From Octopus sinensis (Eukaryota), in assembly GCF_006345805.1 (NCBI RefSeq), contig NC_043014.1, positions 2,604,001 to 2,668,000 of the forward strand: a stretch of DNA of 64,000 nt. The letters run 5' to 3'. The first letter of the stretch is position 1, and the number at the start of each line of letters is the position of its first letter. The position numbers and the translations under genes were made by a program. Positions 38,951 through 50,680 of this stretch are shown piece after piece. The notes beneath the pieces are model-generated. The model did not search any database. It was not told the origin of the DNA and worked only from the letters and a program-made list of their open reading frames with translations.

Positions 38951-38991
38951 CTGGAAAAGAAATAGAATGCAATGAGACATTGTCAAGTTTT

Positions 38992-39386
38992 TCTCTTTTA
39001 CTCTCCTTTATTTGTTTCAGTCATTTGACTGCGGCCATGCTGGAGCACCGCCTTTAATCGAGCAACTCGACCCCGGGACTTATTCTTTGTAAGCCCAGTA
39101 CTTATTCTATCGGTCTCTTTTGCCGAACCGCTAAGTGACGAGGACATAAACACACCAGCATCGGTTGTCAAGCAATGCTAGGGGGACAAACACAGCCACA
39201 CACTCACACATATATATACACATATATACGACGGGCTTCTTTCAGTTTCCGTCTACCAACTCCACTCACAAGGCTTTGGTCGGCCCGAGGCTATAGTAGA
39301 AGACACTTGCCCAAGGTGCCACGCAGTGGGACTGAACATGGAACCATGTGGTTGGTAAGCAAGCTACTTACCACATAGCCACTCCT
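38992..39386 (-). mobile_element. tRNA-derived SINE family B (CORE-like ccttgggcaagtgtctt)
   Basis: Head aggagTGGCTATGTGG...GTTCAGTCCC; TSD acattgtcaagtttt (38977-38991 and 39387-39401). Other copies at about 12100-12457, 22505-22880, 40849-41243, 43270-43975, 47570-47935, 50680-50845 (all -) and 35540-35780, 39515-39670, 63790-63960 (+). Confidence 0.88.
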
Positions 39387-39677
39387 ACATTGTCAAGTTT
39401 TCTACAGTTGTCTGTCTGTCTGTGTGTCCCTATTTCTCCCACTTCATGTCTCTACAGACAATACAAAACAGAATACACAAACAGTAAAATAAAAAAAAAA
39501 AGACTAGAAGCACTGACATGATTATGTGGTTAAGAAGCTCATAGTGCAACCATATGGTCTCAGGTTCAGTCCCACTGCATGGTACCTTGCACAAATGTCT
39601 TCTAATATGATCCTGGCCCAACCAATGCCTTATGAGTGAATTTGGTAGATGAAAACAATAGAAACCTGTCACATATC

Positions 39678-39711
<34 letters not shown>

Positions 39712-40249
39712 CATACATACATACATACATACATACACACACAGACATGCTGATGATTGCTTCATCTTGAGAGATGATAGCCCTCCCATCAACACACACA
39801 CCACACCCCAATCACACAGCACAGTCACTCTATTGACGAGCCTTTAGATGACTTTTAAGACCAGCTGCTGACACGGTTTAAAACACAAGTGACGACAGAT
39901 ATTACTGAAGTTTCCTCTATATCTTTGCCCTTTGGAATCTGATTCCGAAGGAATGTTTTTATGAACTAACACATGTCTTTTAGAGGAAAGGGGTTAATTA
40001 CACTGACCCTAGAAGGATGACCCTAGAAGGATGAAAGACAGAGTTGACTTTGATGGAATTTGAACTCAGAATGTGAAGAGTTGAATCAAACGCTGTTAAG
40101 TATTGTGTCCGACACACAACTGACTCGGCCAGTTTGGTGCCTTAATAAAGATAATGGTCGATAGTATTCAGCGTGGCGCCATAACCTTTGTAGGTTTGAC
40201 TGATTTAATTAATCCCAATAACAAATAGCTAAATAACAAGAAAGCAGGA

Positions 40250-40730
40250 AGGACTGGAGATTGACTGTTATATCCAGCCCTTAATCACAAAAAGCAGAGC
40301 CCTGGAGGGAAGATTCTAGAAGGTTTACCAACCCAAAGGCTGAAGACGCTCGACCTTTATTCTCTAGAAAAACGACGACGCCATGGTGATCTCATTCTCG
40401 CCCACAACATCATAAGCGGAAAGTGTAACCTCTCAAAAGAGCTGTTCTTCACTCCTGCTCCAGAGCGTCAGCTGCGGGGTCATTCCGAAAAGCTCTATCT
40501 GCGACGATTTCATCTCAATCGAAGGAGAGGGGCTTTCTCCGTCCGGGTTGCGGATCCGTGGAATAAGCTGCCAGACGAGTTGGTGAAGATGCCGACGACC
40601 GCTCGGTTCAAAGTCTCCCTTGACCACAAGTGGCCTGAACTCTTTACATGAACACCACCCTGTACATAACTCCATGTCCCCCTACATGGCCTTGCTTTTT
40701 GCTTTTTGAGCCAAAAAATTAACTTAACCC
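40250..40730 (+). mobile_element. 5'-truncated CR1-type LINE (ORF2 C-terminus and tail)
   Basis: RLKTLDLYSLEKRRRHGDLI...LRGHSEKL...AFSVRVADPWNKLPDELV...FKVSLD...* (TGA at 40649-40651), a typical CR1 ORF2 tail. Confidence 0.85.
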
Positions 40731-41413
40731 CACAAGAATTAACCCACTGACATTCAGATTATTTCTCTGTCAAACGTAATACTCATTAATTCACATTGAT
40801 TTAAATTAATCGTGCATTATCTCATGGCCTTGAGCTTTCAATAATGCGACTCTTTTTACTTGTTTCAGTCATTTTGACTGCGGCCATGCTGGAGCACCGC
40901 CTTTAATCGAGCAACTCAACCCTGGGACTTATTCATTGTAAGCCCAGTACTTATTCTATCGGTCTCTTTTAGCCAAACCGCTAAGTTACAGGGACGTAAA
41001 CACACCAGCATCGGTTGTCAAGCAATGCTAGGGGGACAAACAGACACACACACACATACATACATATATATACATATATACGACAGGCTTCTTTCAGTTT
41101 CCGTCTACCAAATCCACTCACAAGGCTTTGGTTGGCCCGAGGCTATAGTAGAAGACACTTGCCCAAGGTGCCACGCAGTGGGACTGAAACCGGAACCATG
41201 TGCTTGGTAAGCAAGCTACTTACCACACAGCCACTCCTGCGCCTGATTAATTTTAGAATGACATTGTAGGGTAGGTGTGAGAAGCTGGATGTGGCCAGTT
41301 CAAACATAAAACAGGTAACATTTTGGTCAGATAGGGTCGGTTTAAATGCTAAAGGGTTACACTGGAGCTTGTCCAGGCTTCAGATTGAACCCCCGTCTCA
41401 CAGTCAAACTTAC

Positions 41414-41500
41414 CTCAGCTTCAAATGTGTGGAAGAATGAACGAGGGCTCTTGTATTTCAGTTGATTGTACATCTCTTGTTCCCATAGCAACTGCTGCCG
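41414..41500 (-). CDS. WASL: WASP coding exon, WH1 middle
   Basis: ctttctttag|CGG...GAG|gtaagt, 87 nt, phase 0-0. RQQLLWEQEMYNQLKYKSPRSFFHTFEAE carries the LLWEQE.Y...Y..P..FFHTF motif. Confidence 0.95.
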
Positions 41501-41649
41501 CTAAAGAAAGAAAGACAAAGGATTCAATGATGGTGCGGGGAAAGAAAGATTAAAAAAAAACAAAAACATTTAATGAAAAAGATATTTTAAATCCTATTTT
41601 AAAAAAAATACATGGTGGCAGCACATAAAAAGCCCTGTTCGAGCATTGG

Positions 41650-42700
41650 ACCCCAGTGCATAACTGCTACTTATTTAATCAACCCCAAAAGGATGAAAGG
41701 CAAAGTCGAACTCGGCGGAATTTGAACTCAAAACGTAAAGACGGACGAAATACCTATTTCTTTACTACCCACAAGGGGCCAAACACAGAGGAGACAGACA
41801 AGGACAGACAAACGGATTAAGTTGATTATATCAACCCCAGTGCGTAACTGGTACTTATTTAACCAACCCTGAAAGGATGAAAGGCAAAGTCGACCTCAGC
41901 AGAATTTGAACTCGGAACGTAGCTGCAGACGAAATACCTATTTCTTTACTAACCACAAGGGACCAAACACAGAGGAGACAGACGGAATAAGCTGATTATA
42001 TCAACCCCAGTGCGTAACTGCTACTTATTTAATCGACCCCAAAAGGACGAAAGGCAAAGTCGACCTCGGCGGAATTTGAACTCAGAACGTAGCGGCAGAC
42101 GAAATATCTATTTCTTTACTACCCACAAGGGGCCAAACACAGAGAGGACAAACAAGGACAGACAAACGGATTAAGTTGATTATATCGACCCCAGTGCGTA
42201 ACTGCTACTTATTTAATCGACCCCGAAAGGATGAAAGGCAAAGTCGACGTCGCCGGAATTTGAACTCAGAACGTAGCGGCAGACGAAATATCTATTTCTT
42301 TACTACCCACAAGGGGCCAAACACAGAGAGGACAAACAAGGACAGACAAACGGATTAAGTTGATTATATCGACCCCAGTGCGTAACTGCTACTTATTTAA
42401 TCGACCCCGAAAGGACGAAAGGCAAAGTCGACCTCGGCGGAATTTGAACTCAAAACGTAAAGACGGACGAAATACCTATTTCTTTACTACCCACAAGGGG
42501 CTAAACACAGAGGGGACAAACAAGGACAGACAAATGGATTAAGTTGATTATACCGACCCCAGTGCGTAACTGCTACTTATTTAATCGACCCCCGAAAGGA
42601 TGAAAGGCAAAATCGACCTCGGCGGAATTTGAACTCAGAACGTAGTGGCAGACGAAATACCACAAAGCATTTCGCCCGGCGTGCTAACGTTTCTGCTAGC
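41650..42700 (-). mobile_element. SINE family A with six tandem ~184-bp body units
   Basis: Single head near 42700. The ccccagtgc unit marker recurs near 41651, 41836, 42006, 42190, 42374 and 42558. Confidence 0.88.
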
Positions 42701-43496
42701 TAGCAGCCTTTGGTGATATACCATGATGTGTTGACCTGTCAAACCAAGTGAGACCGTAGTCATGGTTGATATAAGTGTCAGGTCAATGGCATGTAAAAAA
42801 CGTCCACTACACTCTTGGAGTGGTTGGTGTTAGGAAGGGCATCAAGCTGTAGAAACCATGCCAAATCAGATTGGAACCTGGTACAGCTCTCCGTCTTACC
42901 AGTCTTCAGTCAAACTGTCCAACCTATGCCAGCATGGAAAAGTGGATGTATGATGATGATGATGTAATTAAAACTGAAGGAGAAAACTGGATTTCGAGAA
43001 TCAAGTGGTAACCATGGGAGACACTCCAGCTGAAGAATTAGCAATCAAGTTACATAGAAATTAAATTACAATGTAATTTAATTTGATTATGGAATTGAAA
43101 ATCTAGGTGAGGCCGTGTGGAAAGAAGTCTACTTCCCAACCACATGGTTCTGGGTTCAGCCCCACTGTGTGGAACCTTTGGTATGTTCTACTATAGCCCC
43201 GGGCCAACCAGGACCTTGTGAATGGGTTTAGTAGATGACAGAAACTGAAAGAAGCTCTTCATCTACACTCTTTTATCCTTTTACTGGTTTCATTCATTTG
43301 ACCATGGCCATGCTGGGGCACCACCTTGAAGGGTTTTAGTCAAACAAATCGACTCCAGGATTTATTTTCAAGCCTTACACTTATTCTATCAGTGTCTTTC
43401 ATTGAACCGCTAGGTCACAGGGACGTAAATACACCAGCACCAGTTGTCAATCGGCGATGGGGGACAAACACATACAAAGAAACACAAATACATACA

Positions 43497-43562
<66 letters not shown>

Positions 43563-43815
43563 CAATAATAATATGAGGGAATATTATTCCAAACTTACAG
43601 GGAAAAATTCAATTTAGAAATACTAAATCAAATTTCACAAAATATAATATATATATATAAATTAGAAAAAAACACCTTTTATCAATTCAATCAAACTGGT
43701 TTAGGACAAATGTTGCTGTAATTTAGCCCCAGGAGACATTGTCTCTAGATGGCTATACAATATGATCTATGTTCTTCTATTTTCGAACAAGGGAACCTCC
43801 TGGGTTTTTTTTCTA

Positions 43816-43853
<38 letters not shown>

Positions 43854-46309
43854 GGCTTCTTTCAGTTTCTGTCTACCAAATCCACTCACAAGGTTGGCCC
43901 GAGGACATAGAAGACACTTGCCTAAGGTGCCTGGAACCATGTGGTCAGGAAGCAAGCTTCTCACCACACAGCTGAGTGAACTGGAACTACGTGAAATAAA
44001 GTGTCTTGCTTAAGAACAGAACATACAGCCGGTCTGTGAGTCGAACTCACTACCTCATGATTGTTAGCCCGATGCTTTAGCCACTGAGCCATGTGCTCTT
44101 TTTTTTGCCTATCATGTAATTAAAAAGATATGTGTTAATTATAAGTAATAGAGGAGGGGCAGAGCCTGAAGAAAGATAAAATATTCAGTGATGGGGTGAG
44201 GGGGGGAAACAAACATGAAAGGAAAAAATTGTGATTAGAAAGGTATTTGAACCCTTTTGATATCAATCTGCCACGAGACCACCCTTGATTAGATTAGATT
44301 AGATCTCATTAAAACTTGTTTTAAAGGGATCTAAATCAAAATCCGTCGTTAAAGTTTCATGTTAATTTATGTTTCAAACACCACATTCATTAGTGGCAAA
44401 AGGCCCCTTGCCGGTGGCACGTAAAAGCACCCACTACACTTTCAGAGTCGTTGGCGTTAGGAAGGGCATACAGCCGTAGAAACTCTGCCAGATCAGATTG
44501 GAGTCTGGTGCAGTCTCCTTGCTTGCCAGACCTCAGTCAAATCATCCAACCCATGCTAGCATGGAAAGTGGACGTTAAACGATGATGATGATGACATTCT
44601 TCATTACTTTCAAATTAAGTAAAACGAAGGCAGTGGAGAAAATTACTATTTTTAAATCTCACAACGAGAGATATTCAGCAACAGTACTTTGTAGTAAAGA
44701 TTGTTTGCCAACAGAACATGGCAGTCCTGGTTTAGGACGAATGTTGCTGTAAATAAGCCCCAGGAAATTCCCTTGTTTGAAAATATAAGGACATAGATCA
44801 TGCCATATAGCCAGCTGGAGACGATGTCTCCTGGGGCTAAATTACAGTAACATTCATCCTAAACCAGGACTGCCATGTTATGTTGGCAAACAATCTTTAC
44901 TATGAAGGCAAAGTATTTCAATAGAAATATAGTAACACAAGGATTAATTTCATTTAATATGTGTGTGTGTGTGTGTGTGTAATTAAAAAGTATTCTTTAA
45001 TTATAAATTTGATAATAGAGGAAGAGCAGTGCTTATGAACCCTTCAGCAACCCTCCACCCCCACCTGTAAAATTGATGAGGATCAAGTTCAGTTTGAATA
45101 TCAGCTGGTCAACATTTGGTGGACAACATGAGCAAGTGAGATTCCTGAGGGTTGCAGTAGTTCTGGGGAGAAAGGACTGGGTGATGTTATTTAGTGTGGG
45201 ATACGGGAGGTGAGGCCCAGTGACATTGATGAGAGATGCTGTGCGTACATAGGGGCCACACGACCAAGTAATTCTGGGAAGCAAAGCATTTTGTGGTGAT
45301 AGACAAATGGAGAGAGAGAGGAGAAATAGCATGGCTGTGAAGCTGAGAATGTAGAAGCTAGACCCTTGCCACCCAGTTGAAGATGCCTTCTTTTAGATGT
45401 AGTTTCAGATGTGTAACTTCAGCACTAACCTGCTATGAAAGGTGATATAGATTGACGGAGTGGATAAATGAGCCTCTTAACTCCGATCTGAGACCAGACA
45501 CAGCTGAAGGCAATTCAACTGTTTACCAAAGATTCACACATCCATTCTTAACCCTTTTAGCATTCAGATTATTGTCAAGCATAAAGCATATTTGTTCCCA
45601 TTGATTTGAATTAATCTTGCATTATCTTGTAACTTTGGTATTTCAATATGATTGTTGATTTTCGGAATGACATTGCAGGGTAGGTGTGAGAGGCTGGATC
45701 TGGTTGGTTTGAATACAAAACAAATAGAATATTTAGGCTGGATGCGACCAGTTTCAATGTCAACGAGTTAAACTGCTCCTAGAGTCACCTCAGTTCTTCT
45801 GCGCTAGTAATCTGCTTTTTGAGCAACTGTTTGGAGATTTGAGCAACTGCACGAATGGACCCCAACAAAGCATATTAAGAATTAGAGAATCAACCAGCCC
45901 CTAAAACACAATAAACACTAATTCTAGAAATACATAAAACCATCATCATACTTATTCAAACTGAACTTGACCCTTTTCAATTTTACAGGTGGGGGTGAAG
46001 GGTTGCTGGAGGGTTCATAAGCTCTGCTCTTCCTCTATTATCAAATTTATAGTTAACGAATACTTTTTAATTACTCACACGCACACATATTAAATGAAAT
46101 TAATCCTTGTGTTACTATATTTCTGTTGAAATACTCTGCCTTCATAGTAAAGATTGTTTGCCAACATAACAAGGTAGTCCTGGTTTAGGACAAATGTTAC
46201 TGTAATTTAGCCCCAGGAGACATTGCCTCTAGCTGGCTATACGACACGATCTCTGTCCTTATATTTTCGAACAAGGGAATCTAGCACCCCAACTCAGCTC
46301 GAAACAATA

Positions 46310-46354
46310 TCTGTGTATCACAATTTCTGGGTTATTTCCCTTCATCAGCACAGA
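46310..46354 (-). ncRNA. Second copy of the 114-157 hammerhead-like motif
   Basis: tctgtg-CTGATGA-agggaaataaccca-GAAA-ttgtga-TA-cacaga, in the loop of the same fold-back family (46143-46400). Confidence 0.58.
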
Positions 46355-47138
46355 ATGAGTGGGGGTGCTAGATTCCCTTGTTCGAAAACATAAGGACATA
46401 TTGCTACAAAAAAATAACCATTATATAATATCCATAAAAATAAAGCAAAAAACAAACTCAAAGATCTCCAAATCTTTTCATGAGAGACAAGAAAGCCTAA
46501 AGACACATTTCCAAAAGATCTAATTCTATGGAATCCACATCAACAGGCAGGAGAGAAAGAGAGAGAGAGCTACTGAAGGTGATGCAGGAGATTTAGGATT
46601 ACTGTTATCGCCTTCCAAATGTTGGGAATGAAAGCAACAAGAGAATCAGGAATTGGCTGGATTATACAGACGAAGGATGCTACTTGTACCAGGAAGTGAT
46701 TAGATGCTATTATGACAAGTGCTGTTATTCCTGGTTAAAAGATGTGGTTTACTCTTTGCTTTTTTGTTTTTTCCCACTGAAATTTTGTTCATATCTTTTT
46801 TTATGAAGTTCTCTCAAAGTCAAGTGTAATGGCATTGGCCTGTTTTTACACAACATATTAAATGTAATGTGAGTTAGGTGGTATGGGAAAAACAAGTCAG
46901 AAAAAAACCCCAGAAAAGATACTCTTTCACACACACACATTATGATACTAACCATGTGTGCATGTACATACGCACGCACACACACACATATATATCATCA
47001 TCATCATCGTTTAACGTCTGTTCTCCATGCTAGCATGGGTTGGACGGTTCGACCAGGGTCTGGGAAGCCAGGGCTGCACCAGGCTCCAGTCTGATCTGGC
47101 AGTGTTTCTACAGCTGGATGCCCTTCCTAACGCCAAAG

Positions 47139-47174
<36 letters not shown>

Positions 47175-48112
47175 CCATATGTACACATATACATACATGC
47201 ATACACATATGTACACATATATGCATTTATATATATATGTGTGTGTGTATACATATACACACATTTGAAAGAATATAAGTAACAACAATATGAGCAATAT
47301 TTCAAAACCTTTGTTCCTACAGCTGTTTCAATAACTCATTACATAATATTAAAGATAATCCTACTTATGTAATTCTACCACACAAGAATCACGTTTTTGG
47401 GGGTGGAGGGGGTTTCACAGATGAATTATAGATTTCAAATCAGCTCTTATGTAGGTTGAAGATTCAAGGAGAAAGTAAAATGAAAAAAAAAAAGAGAAAA
47501 TAAAATAAAGGAATATTGAGATGAAAAATAGGAAGAAAGCCTGAAGGTGGAAGAAGATGGCAGAAGACATACTCTTTTACTCATTTCAGTCATTTGACTG
47601 GAGCCATGCTGGAGCACCGCCTTTAGTTGAGCAAATCGACTCCAGGACGGCTCCAGTCATTTGACTGGAGCCATGCTGGAGCACCGCCTTTAGTTGAGCA
47701 AATCGACTCCAGGACTTATTCTTTGTAAGCCTAGTTCTTATTCTATCAGTCTCTTTTGCTGAACCGCTTAGTCACGGGGACGTAATCACACCAGCATCGG
47801 TTGTCAAGAGATGTTGGGAGGACAAACACAGACACACAAACACACATATATACGACGGGCTTCTTTAAGACTCCGTCTACCAAATCCACTCACATGGCTT
47901 TGGTCGGCCCGAGGCTATGGTAGAAGACACTTGCCCCTGGAAAATGGCTCAACATGGAAGATATTACAAGAAAACATGAAGAAAGAGGAAGATGATGAAG
48001 AGGAGGTATAAAGGACTTTGTGAACATATTTAAAAAAAAACACAAAAAACAGACAACAAAGTATGATGTTGGTGAGTGTAATTAATAGAAGCATTCCTGG
48101 TTCCGCTCTTAC

Positions 48113-49423
48113 CTCATCCATGGCATACACTTGTGCAAGGGACTTTAAATAATCAATCAGAATGGGATCAACCTCATAATATGATTGATGGTCTTCATTC
48201 TCCATATTGGAATCCTCGGTTCCATAATAATTACCATTGTCCAAAGAGCTGTTGTAATTATGGTAATTATTATTATTCTCCTCAAAAGCTCCCATAGAGT
48301 CTGGGTTTGTTTGGTAAGATTTGTAGCCGAGGGCCGAGCTGTGGTGGTGGCCACCAGTGGTGTTAGGACCAAACCCTTCATACTGACCATACCCTTGAGA
48401 TTTCTCATTGTATGCATCTGTTTTGCTGGATTCCTGGTAAGCACCGGTCATTTTATAGGGGTCGTATTTGTTATGGGAGGGGCTTGCTAGGTAGATAGCC
48501 TTGCTCCACATTTCACGAGGGTTAAAATTCCTATCGGATATTTTTGTAGTTGAAGCTGTTTGGTGGTGATGGTCATGGTGATCAGAATGTTGGGGGTCCT
48601 GATGGTGATGGTCGTGGTGGCTTGGCTGATAAACAGAATTGGTTGAGTCGTAAGAATTATGTCCATTGTACAATGCAATATTTCTATAATAGCTACGAGC
48701 ATGCTCAAGAGCCTTAGACCATCGGTCTTGAGGTTTCGCCGTGTCATATTGAACCGACTGATTGTATTCGTTATTATTATGATACACCGTACCATTGTGG
48801 TAAGAATGGTTAGATTCCAAATGGTGGTACTGAGAATTTTCATATTCAGAAGAAATATGGTTAGAATGGTTAGTCATATTACTGGAATTCTCTTTCTGGT
48901 AACCATTAGACATTTTGTCTTGATAAAACCGGTCATTCTGTGAATGTTTGGCTCCGTACGTCTGGGAGTGAGAGTCATATGGTACTTGGACGTCTCTAGA
49001 TGTTTGTCTGTAAACAGTTTGGTCAAAAGATTGCTGGCTATTAAACTTCTTTGAACTGGACAACTGACTGTGTGTGTAGTGAGTGGAGGTGTGATAGGGC
49101 TGTTGGTCAGAAGTCTGTTGGAAGTCAACTTGGTCAATGGAATTATTCTGACCATAAGAATACACAGGTTCAGCATGTTTGTAAGTGTGATGTTGTGTGC
49201 TATAGTCGGACTGAGAACTGGAATGGTGTCCATTGTATTGATATTCTTGGATAGGAGACAAAGTCTGGTTTTCGTGTGCCTGTTGTTGTGGTTGGGACGT
49301 CCAATGGGTACCATAGTCTAAGTATTCTTCCGATGGATCTTTCTCGCACAAACCGTACGGATCATACTTCCTATTTCCATTGAACGGTCTGTATGAGTAA
49401 CGGTACGGTTTGGTCGCCGCCAT
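48113..49423 (-). CDS. Candidate alternative first coding exon of the WASP gene (437 codons, low-complexity H/Y/N/Q/S-rich), or exon of a nested same-strand gene
   Basis: Stop-free 1311 nt from an ATG (in-frame TAA directly upstream) to ATGGATGAG|gtaaga. Phase 0, compatible with the phase-0 acceptor at 41500. No transposon motifs seen in the translation. Confidence 0.7.
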
Positions 49424-49948
49424 TTAGCCGAAGAAATCGGTGCAAAAGGAAGAGTTATTGGGAAATATTAGAATGCAGCAGTTTCTTTTTGTTTTTGATT
49501 TTTACTAATAGACAATCCATCTATTGTAACTATAAACTTGATATTGAGACAGCTACAGTAATTTCTGTGGATTAACAGCATGTAATTGGGGGGGGGGGTG
49601 ATGTGGTTCACAGGATGATAGTGGTGGCGGTGGGAGAATAGAATGCTGTTGCAATACAGATTAGGATTACCAATAGATAATCATTAAAAAGGATTATTGC
49701 ATCAAGGTATGTTCTCATTCTTCACCGAGTGGAACCCCTCCCCTACCATTGGTGGATTAATGGAATCTAGAGAGACTGCTGTCTAGTGGTGGCTCTGCGC
49801 TTTATTACTGAGGACATGGAGTCACGTGTTGGTCATAGCTTTGGCTGGCAATAAACGCTGAATCACACTGCGTAAGGTTAATTATGCAGCCATGCAAGGG
49901 ATTCTGGGAAATAAGTATGACGACAACAGAATGACCAAAGAGAGAAGA

Positions 49949-50002
<54 letters not shown>

Positions 50003-50415
50003 TCACCATATACATACACAGAATCTTGTATATAGTCACACACACACACACAGAACCATGTTTTTGAATAAGATCTTTGTCTTATTTGTTTCAGTCATTA
50101 GACTGTGGCCATGCTGGGGCACTAACTTGAAGAATTTTAGTTGAATGAATCAACCCCAGAACTTAAGCATAGTATGTATTACATCAATCTCATTTGCCGA
50201 GCTGCTAAGTTACATGGACACAAATACACCAACACCAATTGTCAGATGCTGGTCGGGGAGACAAACACACACACACATATATATAATCAGCCGAAATTAC
50301 TACGATGATCCGGTTCTTGACTGAAGACTGAGGGTTTCGAATGTCCTGTCCGTGTTTATTGTATCGTCTTCTAAGAGTTATACGTTCTTGTCCATGTTGT
50401 ATTTTTCTACATACC

Positions 50416-50453
<38 letters not shown>

Positions 50454-50599
50454 CATATGGTGTTGGAAAGGGCATCCAGCTGTAGAAACACTGCCAGATC
50501 AGACTGGAGCCTGGTGCAGCTGCCTGACTTCCCAGATCCTAGTCGAACCATCCAACCCATGCTAGCATGGAAAACGGATGTTAAACGATGATGATGATG

Positions 50600-50680
<81 letters not shown>

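Noticed and set aside
50285-50350. CTGAAGA and CCGAAA near each other; also cagacgagccagaaggc at about 36358
   Set aside because: The core boxes are in the wrong order or incomplete and no closing stems were found, so these were not counted as hammerheads.
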